Source: Conidiobolus incongruus B7586
Lineage: Eukaryota
Assembly (NCBI GenBank): GCA_000697335.1
Contig: JNEM01010037.1
Coordinates: forward strand, 1-50,208
Length of the DNA: 50,208 nt
Direction: 5' to 3'
Of this stretch, positions 39,015-50,208 are shown in pieces. The translations under genes were made by a program, and so were the position numbers. Every line of letters starts with the position of its first letter. The stretch's first letter is position 1. The notes under the pieces are model-generated. The model had not been told where the DNA came from and did no database searches. It saw only the letters and a program-made list of their open reading frames with translations.

Positions 39015-42000
39015 ATGGTTAAATCCAAAAAACCCGATAATACCACATTAAAAAAGACTAATTTTAAAAACTTGGAAAGAGTATTGGATAATAAGAACTT
39101 ATTAAAATCTATAGCGGAGATATTGGACCAAATTCAACGTCCTAACCTACACCACAAAAAATACTTTTTAAATTTTTTCAAATTACAAGAAAAATATCCA
39201 GTTGAAGAATTTACCAATGGTTTTATCTTTTTATTGAATAAAATATTGACGTGTAAGAAGGATTTGATACCCAATAGAATTTTAAAGTTTTTAGCCAATT
39301 ATTTGGTATTTGCAAAGGATATGAGTAAATTATATATTATATTAACAATGAGTTTAAACTGAATTTGGTTGATCTAGTTGATAATGATGATAATATGAGA
39401 ACTGATGAAGATGATAATACTACAATAATTACTCAATTTTCTGAAGGAATTTTAAAATTTTATCTCCCAGGACTCGATGCTAAAGAGCGTGTGGTTCGTT
39501 TAAGATGTGCTCAATTGGTTGCTATATCCATTGATTTTATTGGCGCTGTAGAGTAAGTTAAATATTATTGATTTTATTTATTTTCGTTCATTCATCGATC
39601 AATATAGTGAAGATTTTTATATCAAATTAAGGGACACCTTAATCCAAAGAAGCTGTGATAAAGAATCCTCGTTCAGATATCAAATCGTAATCGCTTTATC
39701 CAGATTGCAGGATGAGAGTGATGAAACCGATCCTGTTATTGATAAATTGATCAGTATACTGCGCACCGATCCATCTGCAGATGTTAGAAAGTGTGTTATT
39801 ATGCATATTATACAAAACGAAAAAACCATACCATTTTTAATTGAAAGAGCCAGGGATTTAGATCCAAATATTAGAAAATGGATCTTTTTGAAAACCATGG
39901 ATGATATTGGAGATTTTCGATTATTATCAATCAAACAAAGAGAGCATTTGTTAAAGAATGGAATTTCTGATCGTGATGAAAATGTCAAAAACGCTTGTCT
40001 CAAGATGCTATCATCTCATTGGATGCCCACAGTAGGAGATGACCTACTTAGTTTACTGGAGAAATTAGATGTGATGAATAGTGACGTTGCCGAAGTAACT
40101 CTTTATGCTTTCTTTAAACTTCATCCTCAAGTGGTGCAAGATTTTTCTATTCCAGAAAATGCTTTAGATGATTTAACATCTGAATCGTCTTTCCTTATTA
40201 AAATCATATTGAAATATTGTAATGATAACAAAATGGAAGAAAAATTATTTAATTTATTGCCTTCTCCAATGGAATTAGCCGCGACCTTAGAAAAGCATCA
40301 TTCACTATCTGTTACATGTGAAGATGATGTCTTGAAAGTCGAATATGATTTTATCGTCTTGCAACTTCTCGAAATTGGTGCAATGTTGGATTTTGCTGAC
40401 GAAGCTGGTAGAAGAAAGATTTATGAAATGTTAAGATATTTGTATTCGGTTATGGATGAAAACGAAGACATTATTTGCGCTATGGCCGTTGTTATGAAAA
40501 AATTATCAAATAACGAACTTGACTTTTCCCGTACCATGGTTGAAGTAGTCTCTGACGTTTGTGAAGAATTTGGATCCAATGGCGATTTCAAAGAATTTAT
40601 CGGAAATTTAGAGAAAGCTGAATTTGAAGACGAAGACGAAGAAACATTAAGCGACGAAGATGCTCGAACCTTATCCATTTTGATGAAATGCTTACTTTTA
40701 GTGAAGAGTACTTTACAACAGTGTCAGCTTCCTTTAGTCAAAAACACTGTATTGTATGGATTATTGAATGATTTGGTATCTCCTGCAGTCCAGAGCTCAA
40801 TTGAAGTTTTAAGACATTCAGGTTTGGTTTGCTTAGGTTTGTATTGTATGTTAGATCGTGATCTCTCTTACAAAAATTTTTCTGTATTCGCTCACTCTTG
40901 CCAAAAAGATGAAGATGATAATAGGAATCATTGTTTGAAGGTAGATTTTTATATTTATTTATATACCATTATTAATGTTATTTAGATTATATTTGATCTT
41001 TGCGTGATTTATGGTATTCATGAAGGTTCTTTCAAGATATCGGTAAATCTAAATTAATCATTTGTTTATCTTTTATTAACAAAATATTCAGCAAGAGAAT
41101 TTATTCACATTCTTTAAAAACGCCTTGAAAGATAAAGAATTAGAATTCCAAGCTATAGCATGCCAGGGTCTCGCTAGACTTTATATGGCAGACTTGTTGA
41201 CCGATGAAGATATTTTAAGTCGTCTTATTTTCCTTTACTTCGTCCCAACAACTCAAAATAGTCTGAAACTTCGTCAAGCTCTCCATTATTTCTTTTCTGT
41301 TTATCCTCGTGCTGCGGTTAAAAATTTGAAGATTGTTCAAAAGGTGATATTCACAACCTATTTTAATTACTTTATATTAATCATAAAGCTTAGGCATTTG
41401 TTCCATCCTTGCTGAAACTTTATCTTACACATAAAAAGATTAGTAACAAATATGAAATGATCACGCCAATCCAAGTTGCACAACTTTTAGCTGATTGGAC
41501 TGATCCAAACAATATAGAGTAACTACCTCGCTTATTAATTTCTACGCATAATTACTTATATTTTTATAGAAATCCTGATGATGCAGCAAAAAATGTTCAT
41601 GGTGAGATCGCATTGGAGTTAATTAAAACTTCTATCCACGAACCATTAGGTAATACATCTCATTATATAGTTTTAAAATTGCTCTCATAATTTTTTAATA
41701 GAAAATCGAAAACTTTTAATTCAAACATTATCTAAATTATCAATCAGTTCAATTACATCCCTGGATTTGATAACTAATTTGGAATATATAATGTCCGTAT
41801 TTAAAGAGGTAAATTGGCCGAGATATTTATAAACACAGTACTAATAGTATATTTAGAAACGATCTTTTCCTGACAAATTTACTCACAATACATTTACAAA
41901 GTTTTCCGAGTTATTAAATAAAGTTAAACAATCGCTCGTGCCAGAATCCTCCGATTCATTTACAGAGAGGCCTGAAACTCCCAATGATACTATTGACCCT

Positions 42001-42189
42001 CAATTAATTGAGTTTGCTGATAATATTCGAGCTGGTATATATTTTTCTTTGTTACTTTTTTATCAAATACTAACTCTATTTAAAGAAAAAGCTAATAGCG
42101 TGTCAAAGACAGAGTATCTGTCTAAGCAACTTAAGAGAGAAATCGATGCAATGTTATCAGAGAGTTCAGATGAAGAATCAGATTATTAG
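39015..42189 (+). CDS. YCG1: Condensin HEAT subunit Ycg1/CAP-G (Cnd3), multi-exon
   Basis: GLDAKERVVRLRCAQL, DKESSFRYQIVIALSRLQ, DPSADVRK, ERARDLDPNIRK, DFADEAGRRK and LRQALHYFFSVY motifs. Confidence 0.9.
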
Positions 42190-42730
42190 AATTATTTTAC
42201 CTTCTTGGCAATCATTGCTAATTCTTATTTTTGAACCTTTGCTAATGTATTATTAACTTATATAATTTATCCTAACATTAATTCTTTATTGTCTTTATAC
42301 CTATTATAAGATTCATTCATTAATCAAGTAATAAATTTTTCAATTTTTAATTTTCATCCTTGTTTTGTAAATATTTCCAAATTAACTACTATATAATGTT
42401 TTATCTATATTTTCAATGTATCTAAAAAATTCTGATGATATATTTTAAATTTACAAAACTGACAATAGACTAATATATAATCAGGTCTAATCATAATATA
42501 TAATGTCAATAATATCTTTATTAAAACCCAATATATGACATGAGAATTATCGAAGAAAAATTATAGGATAATTTGATTGTAATATAAATTTTAAAATAAT
42601 TAATCATAAATTTTTAATTAAAAATATAATCCCATAAATAGTGAAATATTACATACTCTTTAAAAGATTATTGAACAAATTAATTATTTTTTTAACACTA
42701 TATATATACATTCATAATCAAAAAAGTAAA

Positions 42731-43804
42731 ATGAGTGATCTTACTGATAATGAAATCAACTTTGGAATTAAATTCAAAGGAGCTTGTGTTCGTAATGATA
42801 TTCAAGAAGCTCTCAATTTATTGAAAGAAGAACCTGGCTTAGTTTGGTTCAGAGACGCCGATGGTAGATCACCTCTCCATTGGGCTAGTGCTTTAGGAAG
42901 CGAAGAGTTAGTTATTGCACTATTGGAAAATAGACACCCATGGAATGTGATTGATAATGACGGCAATTCTGCTGGCGACGAAGCCGATGCTCACAAACAT
43001 CCTGCAGTGTATCAACGATTGGTTGAGGCTGGTGTCAGAGCTGAAATGATTCTTTCTATCATCAACAGTCAATTCGAAGCTGAAGAGGAAGGTGAAGATC
43101 AAGAAGAAAAGCAAGGAGATGAAAATGACGCTATTAATTCCAATCAAAATATTCCAAATGCTGACTATTTAAATATGCCATTAAAGTTTGATGATGATAA
43201 AATTTTGGATTTTGATAATAATGGGGTTATGATGGGCTGGGAAAAGCCTCTGATGGATCGTCATTGCGAGATTATTGCTCCTAAGCCTGGTTTACATGTA
43301 ATTAACGTTGGATTCGGTATGGGATTCATTGACCGTGCTTTACAAGCAACTCAACCCGCTTCTCACACCATCGTAGAGGCTCATCCTGATGTTTACAAGA
43401 AAATGCAACAGGACGGATGGTTAGACAAACCTAATGTACGTGTAATTTTTGGTCGTTGGCAAGATAAGATTGAAGAAATTTGTGATAGAGAGTACGATGG
43501 CATCTTCTTCGATACTTTTGGAGAATATTATCAAGATCTCAAACAATTTCACGAGCTTTTACCCAATATTCTCTCCCCTGAAGGTACCTATTCTTTCTTC
43601 AATGGCCTTGGTGGCGATGTGAAATTGTTCCACGATGTATATTGCCAAGTTGTCGAATATCATTTGAAAGAAATTGGTATTTCAATTGAGTTTATGACCA
43701 TGGAAATGGATCCTGATTCCTGCAAGATTTGGGATGGTGTTAAGAGAAGATACTGGCAATTAGAGAAGTATCATTTACCCATTTGTAAATTATTACCTTA
43801 TTGA
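42731..43804 (+). CDS. RMT2: Protein arginine N-methyltransferase 2 (ankyrin repeats + GAMT-like methyltransferase)
   Basis: Ankyrin GRSPLHWA...HPWN, then LVEAGVRAEMIL, VMMGWEKPLM, INVGFGMGFID, FFDTFGEYY and SFFNGLG. The first ATG is at 42731; the ORF-track start is a GTG in AT-rich DNA. Confidence 0.93.
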   Translation: MSDLTDNEINFGIKFKGACVRNDIQEALNLLKEEPGLVWFRDADGRSPLHWASALGSEELVIALLENRHPWNVIDNDGNSAGDEADAHKHPAVYQRLVEAGVRAEMILSIINSQFEAEEEGEDQEEKQGDENDAINSNQNIPNADYLNMPLKFDDDKILDFDNNGVMMGWEKPLMDRHCEIIAPKPGLHVINVGFGMGFIDRALQATQPASHTIVEAHPDVYKKMQQDGWLDKPNVRVIFGRWQDKIEEICDREYDGIFFDTFGEYYQDLKQFHELLPNILSPEGTYSFFNGLGGDVKLFHDVYCQVVEYHLKEIGISIEFMTMEMDPDSCKIWDGVKRRYWQLEKYHLPICKLLPY

Positions 43805-43981
43805 ATGAATAGATAGTGAAGGTTTACACTTTCTAATGTGAACATATATATAAATATCTAGCAAATAATATTTTGAATTAATAAATCATAATCAATATAA
43901 TATTTCATTGAACATTAATATAAGTATATTTTACATAGTGTTTAAAAAACACATTCGAAATCATTTATTTTAACAAAGCGT

Positions 43982-45330
43982 CTATTTCTTTTTAGGAGCA
44001 GTAACGTTAAATTTGAAATAGATAATATCACCATCTTCAACGATGTAATCTTTACCCTTTTGATTGTATTTACCAGCAGCCTTGACAGCAGATTCACTTC
44101 CCAATTCCTTAAGATCGTTAAATTTCATGACTTCAGCCATGATGAAACCACGTTCGAAATCGGTGTGAATAACACCAGCAGCTTGAGGAGCCTTGGAATT
44201 CTTACGAACAGTCCAGCAACGAACTTCATCAGGACCAGCAGTGAAGAAATAGATGAGTTGTAAAGCATTATATCCTGATACGATGATCTTAGGGAAAGCA
44301 GAGATAGTTTCTAATTCCTTCAATCTTTCTTGCTTAGCGGCAGGTTCCATTAAACTGAGTTCATATTCCAAAGAGGCAGAAAAAGGAATAAGGAGATCTC
44401 CAGGACTGTTGGCATCAATCCAGGCCTTGATCTTAGGGAGCCACTTGTTCTTCTTTCTAACATAGTCTTTTTCACTGCAGTTAGCCAAATAAATAACAGG
44501 CTTGGCAGTGATCAATTGAAGACTATTGATGACTTCAACTTCCTTGTTGTTCCAATCTCCCTTACGAACATCTTTTCCTTCATCAACGACCCACTTGCGA
44601 ACCTTTAAAAGAATTTCGTATTCTTCCTTATTTTGCTTATCTTGAACACCACCACCAGCACCAGCTCTTTTAACTTGCTTTTCAAGGGTTTCGATATGAT
44701 GTTCAAAAATTCTTCATCCTTTAATCTTAATTCAGAATGAATGATTTCCAAATCTCTAATGGGATCAAGTTCTCCTTCGACGTGAATAACATCTTCATCA
44801 GAGAAAGCACGGCAAACGTGGAAGATGGCATCTACGGCACGGACGTGACTTAAGAAAGCATTACCTAAACCAGCACCACCAGCAGCACCTTTAACTAAAC
44901 CGGCAATATCAATGACAGTAAGATAGGCTGGAACTTCAGATTTAGGCTTATAAGTTTGGTTTAACCAATCAAAACGCTCATCAGGAACAGCAACTCTAGC
45001 TTCAGCGGGATCAATGGTACAGAAAGGGAAATTTTCAGCAGGGGCAGCAGAATTTGTAATAGCATTAAAGAAAGTAGACTTTCCAACATTAGGTAAACCT
45101 ACAATACCAATTTTCAAGTTGTTAGAGGGGCGACCCAACAAAAGTTTTTCTTCTTGGACGGCTTTCTTAGGAGGCATTTTCTTTTTTAATAATATTGAAT
45201 TAGAAGTGAATGGACGGTAAAAATTTAAATGTAATTTAACGTTAATAAATGATTTTAATATTGAAGGTGACCTCGTAACTAAATTAAAATTAACGAGTAA
45301 ATTCATTGATAATGAATTGATCAACCTCAT
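43982..45330 (-). CDS. OLA1: Obg-like ATPase Ola1/YchF, split by a -1 frameshift near 44690-44712; conserved start at 45177, upstream in-frame ATGs at 45306 and 45330
   Basis: [40 protein letters not shown] and TGS domain [18 protein letters not shown]...[13 protein letters not shown]. The halves are in different frames with no intron between them. Confidence 0.93.
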
Positions 45331-45909
45331 CTTAATTTATTTTATCTCTATTAAATCAACTTAATCTATTTAACTTGTGGGACGTTGCTGCATTTTATAA
45401 ATTAATCATTTGTTTTTGCTTATATTACAAATTTTTGATATATTCATTGTTCATAATAAATAAATAAACAGTTTATATTGAAATCTAATCATTAGAAATA
45501 AAAAAATTATAGTATTTTATAACAAATTTTTCATTAAATTTTAATAAAAAATGGTTTTTATATTACATATATATCATCGAATATAAATATAGTAATATTA
45601 TAAGTGGATAATATAATTTATTAATGATTTTGTATTAATCAAAATAAAATATTTAACATAATTCTTAAAAATATTTATTATTTGTAAAATATTTAAAATA
45701 TTCCGTATATTTAAATAGGTATATTAAATTTCAATATTTAGAGAGGACTACTTATAAAAAGGACTATTTAAATAAATATCATCAATATCAATAAAAATTT
45801 ACCAAAAAACATTTAAAAAATAAATATGATTTAAAGTTTTTCTTAAAATTAAAAAAAAGTAAATTCAAATATGATTTAAAGGGTGGTTTGATATAAATAT
45901 ACAGTGAAA

Positions 45910-48093
45910 TCAATGAGGAAGATCATTATCCAATTCATCCTTAGATGTAAAAACGGAACTTGGCGGTCGAGGAGCTAATTTTCGAGCAACATGGAGTGGA
46001 ACAGTATTCACAGTACAAGATGTAACAACAGGAGCTAAATAATTCCATTAGAAATCAAAAATATCAAATAATATATGATAAACTTACCAGATATATCTCG
46101 ATTGATCGCTACTTTCATCAAAGATTTAATCCAATCTTGGGCTTCTTCTTTTAATTCCGCTGCAAAATACAATGGCTTATTTTGAGGGTGAACAAGTTTG
46201 AAGCAGTATTTCCCAGGATTGATTGTTGGATCAGGTATAGGTTTATATCCTCTAAGGTCAATTTCTCCTTTGGGCTTCTTTTCTTTATCAGAATAATAAA
46301 GCAGCAATCTATGACCTTTCAAAACACACCAACGATCATTCCAAAGCTTGCAAGTTTTTCCTTGCTTTCTAAGCCATCCAGCAATTAGTATAACATCTGG
46401 ATTTTGAGGTGGTGTAGGAGGACGAGCAGAATCAATATCGTAGCTGATGGAACTAGGATTCATACCATTTTTGCTATGTGATAGGGCTGGTTTGTAAGAA
46501 TTAACTAGCTCTGGATCAGGTGGAGGAGGGCGGGATCTATCTGATCTGATTGTGGAAATTTCCTAATGATTTTTACAGTAAGAATGATTGGTGAGATATT
46601 ATTAATAATAAAATAAAATTTACCTCATTTTGTAAAGAAAATGATACTTGTTTTTTAACTGACGGTCTGGATGTTTCAGGCTCGGCTGAGTGGTATGAGG
46701 GAGGAGGTGCACTGTGACTTGGAGGAGGAGGACCAATTGGTGCGTCTGGAATATCTTCATCTTCTTGATAGTCTGAGAGGTTTTCATCAGAATCTGTGAA
46801 ACTATTGATTTCTCGAGAGCCAGAAGAAGGTTCCTAAATGAAATGTTTAAACTCTAAATGAAGTACATGGCAAAAGGCATTTACTTGTTGTTCTGCTATA
46901 TCATCTACAGGATGATAACCTGGTGATGATTGAAGCCATTTTTCAATGCTAGATTTTTCAGTTACAAAATTGGAAGCTTCATTAAATAGAGGCTCATCAG
47001 GATATGAGCTGCCGCCAGCACCTGAATGTTTACCAACCTCTAAAGGAGAGGAAAATTCTCCATCGAATTGTCGATTCATTTCTTGTCCGTTTTTAGCCTT
47101 AAGTTTATTAGAAGATGACTGGGAATTGGTATTGTTATTGGAGCTTAATTTATGGTTTTGATGTGATCCATTAGCAGTAGCAGGAACTTGATTGATTGGA
47201 GTGGAAGCATTGGACTCTGATTCACTAAGAAGACCATATTGACGCTTTAAATGAGTGATGGCAGTATTCACGTTGAATCTTTTTCCAAATTCGGTAATAC
47301 CTATTTCTTTCAAAGTATCCAAATTTAAAGCTAATAAGGCTTCTCCATCTATTTCGTGATGCTGGAACCTTGGGATAAGTCTTTCCAGGTTGATACTTGC
47401 TAACCATTCGCCAACCGTTGCAACGTCCCAAAGATAAGGAGGCTGGCCATTTCCAGGAAGCTTTGAGTTTGAACCAGTAAACACTTCGGATTGTCTGTAT
47501 ATAGATCTTCTAGGTGCACTTGGTTGTTTGCTAGCATCCTTATGTTTTATAGAATTTTTCAAATTAGATTCAGGTTTTGAAGGCGAGTATTCAGAGTCTA
47601 ATGTTTGTTTAGGCACAGTTTCCTTTGGACTGTTCAAATTTAGAGCGTTATTGAGCTGCTTAGAAAGTTCGGCTTCCCTTGATTCTTCCAAGTTATCTTG
47701 GTCAGATGAAGAAGGAAAATAGGGGTTATGATTTGATGGAGAGCCATGAGAGTTGGAAGGTTCAGAATTCCAAGTTGATTTACTAGTTTGTTGATTTGTG
47801 TTAGAATTTTGTTTTTCGGATTCCGTTGGGCTCAAAGGGTCAATAAGAGTAATAAAATTCATTGGAAATAAACCAATTTCTCCTCGAATATTTTGACCCT
47901 AGAATATTTAACATTAATTAATATTGTATAAAAATGTAGATGCGTTAAAAATTACCTGCCACCAACCGTCATTATAAAGGTCATCTTTTTCTATGACTAA
48001 AACTGGTTCACCAGCCTTCAAAGAAATTTCATCTTCATTGGTAGCATTGAAGTCATGAATAACATAGGCTGTTTCATGAGTGGTAGGTTCCAT
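45910..48093 (-). CDS. BOI1: SH3-SAM-PH polarity scaffold, Boi1/Boi2/Pob1-like, 5 exons
   Basis: SH3: VIHDFNATNEDEISLKAGE...DGWWQ|GQNIRGEIGLFPMNF. SAM: WDVATVGEWL...FQHHEIDGEALL. PH: GWLRKQG...WNDRW...WIKSLMK, followed by the Boi-like RD.SAPVVTSC. Confidence 0.85.
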
Positions 48094-48465
48094 TCGTTGT
48101 TATTTATAGAATTATCAAAGTGTATTGTCAAATAAAGTGAATAAGAAGAAATATTGCAATCTATATAATAATATAGGATAATGGGAATTGAACGTAGGTT
48201 GTTGGGAATAGTTGCCTCAATATCAAAAGAATATTCAACAATTGAATGAAATGGATATTGTTTTTGTGTTGATATTGAGAATAAGTGCTGAGTATTATAG
48301 ATTGAATTAAACTATTGTATTTTAAATTGATTTATTTAATTCGTAATATAGGAATAGGAAAGAGAAATAATATCCAAATATAAGTTAATGAATTAAGGTT
48401 TAAATCAATCAATTCATGCTAAATTTTCATTTAATTAAAGCCAAGGTCCGCTTGTAACTCACACC

Positions 48466-48478
48466 AGTGATTGGCTGA
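48466..48478 (-). promoter_or_regulatory. CCAAT box (TCAGCCAATCACT) upstream of the BOI1-like gene
   Basis: Exact 13-mer match to the RPL38 upstream element, lying in a small GC-richer island. Confidence 0.45.
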
Positions 48479-50208
48479 TTTGAATTACTAATGAATTGAA
48501 TCAATGGTGCACTGATCACATCATCCTCTTACAAATTAAATTTATATTTTTCCTTAGCATATTAAATAAGTTAAATTAATTAATTGATAAAGGACTCAGA
48601 ATAATTATCCAAATTCTTAGATTATTTAAAAAACTAAAAAACTTAAATTCATAAAGTTTAAAAACTTTAATTTTATTGGTTTAGTTGTACAATTCAATCA
48701 TTTTCAAAAATAACTGATATAATTACAGGATAAGTAATTTCAACATTTTTCCAAGTGCATAACTTAGTTTAATACACATGAAAGCATTTATTCAATTGTA
48801 CTGAGATTTATATGTAAATAATATGAAAATGTGCATAATAGATATCCATATTATTATTTGAATCTAATATTTATTATTATAACTGTATATGCTTTCCAAT
48901 TCAACTAATGTTCTAAACCTTAGCATATTTTGACCGAGAGATTATTACCTTTTCTAAGTTGGAGCTTACTAAATCCTTACATAGAAATACCCATATACTG
49001 ATTGATAGAATGTTAAATCAACTTGATTTATAAAATATTCAACAATTAATGAATTACATAATCGTTCTTTAATGACATTTTAAAATACTCAGTTCATTGT
49101 AATTTTTAAAAATAACTATCATTTTAAAAGATTCAATTTTATTAATACTATTGAACATTTTCCTAATTTCGTTCACATCCAAATGAGGAAAGGGGAAACA
49201 AAAGTAGCCAATCGCAGCGAGTTAACGTAATCACTTCTAACAAATATCACTATGCTGTGTAAACCGATTATTTAGAAAATATTTATAATATTCATATAGA
49301 TTATTGTTTTTATATATATTAAACTTTTATTTTGTATTTATATATACTAACATTTCAATAATTAGATTCATGACAATCTCCAAATTTTTGAACTTGCTCC
49401 TATCTTTTAATATGATTCTATATCCCTTTTTTAACAGTCTTTTTCTATTGTTTTAATAAATTCCAAGAATTTAGCTTTTATGTGTTCAGGTTTTTTAAAA
49501 ATTTTATTATTTAAAAACCATTTAAGATGTCTAAAAAGTAAAGATCACTGGGTGCAAGATTAGGAGAGTATTCTAGATGTGCTAATAGTTTAAATTGATT
49601 ATAATCTAAAATATATAAAGCTTCAGCTACTGTATATGGTTTTACATTATCATGATAATATATTAATATAAAAAGTTTATATATTATCTAAGTCTTTGCT
49701 CCAATTTTTTGATCTTTGTTTGTATAATACCTTGAATAATTTTTATATTTCTTTAGAATAATATTCCCCATTTATTTCTTGTTTATCTTCAAATTTAAAA
49801 TGTATAATATTTTTCTAATCCTAACATATAATAAATATTTTCACTTTTATTTATATTTGGGTTTACTTGATTTTAAATCTGTTTTTATAATTACTTAATA
49901 GTGTTTATATATTATTTTATCAAATATAAACTTTGTATTAATAACAAAAATAGAGTGTTTTTTAAATAATCTATGTTTAGGAAAATTTTATAAATAAAAT
50001 ATATATATATTAACTTATTTAATATATTAAATATTTTTAATTCATAATATATTAAATTTAATATTCTTTTAGTTTTATTGGATTAAATTTTTAATTAATA
50101 AACCAAAACTTATATTTAATTCCTATAAAAATAATTTTTAAGAATAATTAATATAAACTAGCTTGTAAAAATAAGTCATAAAATTAAAAATATAAATATT
50201 TTTATTAA

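Noticed and set aside
42641..42730. N-terminal extension of RMT2
   Set aside because: It starts at GTG in AT-rich low-complexity sequence. The first ATG, in good context, is at 42731.

Overview
Very AT-rich eukaryotic DNA with short (~50 nt) GT-AG introns. It looks like an early-diverging fungus, possibly Entomophthoromycotina/Zoopagomycota (inference, not established). About 19 housekeeping-type loci and one tRNA-Ser(GCT) are recognisable: AP-3 beta adaptin, RTT109, PP2A catalytic subunit, an Rdx/SelW-like CxxC protein, XRN1, LETM1-like, RCC1-like, RPL38, an AN1 zinc finger (disrupted), MBIP-like, ITC1/ACF1, DUS2, COX14-like, MOB1, BCKDH E1-alpha, condensin YCG1, RMT2, OLA1 and a BOI1/Pob1-like SH3-SAM-PH protein. 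Several are missed or fragmented by the ORF track because of introns. Main anomalies: (1) genes at different stages of decay whose lesions mostly fit C->T change at CpA/CpG, a possible RIP-like process; (2) a single in-frame TAA just after the mitochondrial presequence of an otherwise intact LETM1-like gene; (3) a -1 frameshift in an otherwise pristine OLA1, which also has an in-frame presequence-like extension; (4) long-range complementarity in the oversized RPL38 first intron that could sequester the 5' splice site; (5) a 12-bp direct repeat duplicating the MOB1 start and flanking a 357-bp insert; (6) a triplicated basic C-terminal motif in RTT109. All calls come from reading and hand translation, and assembly errors cannot be excluded.
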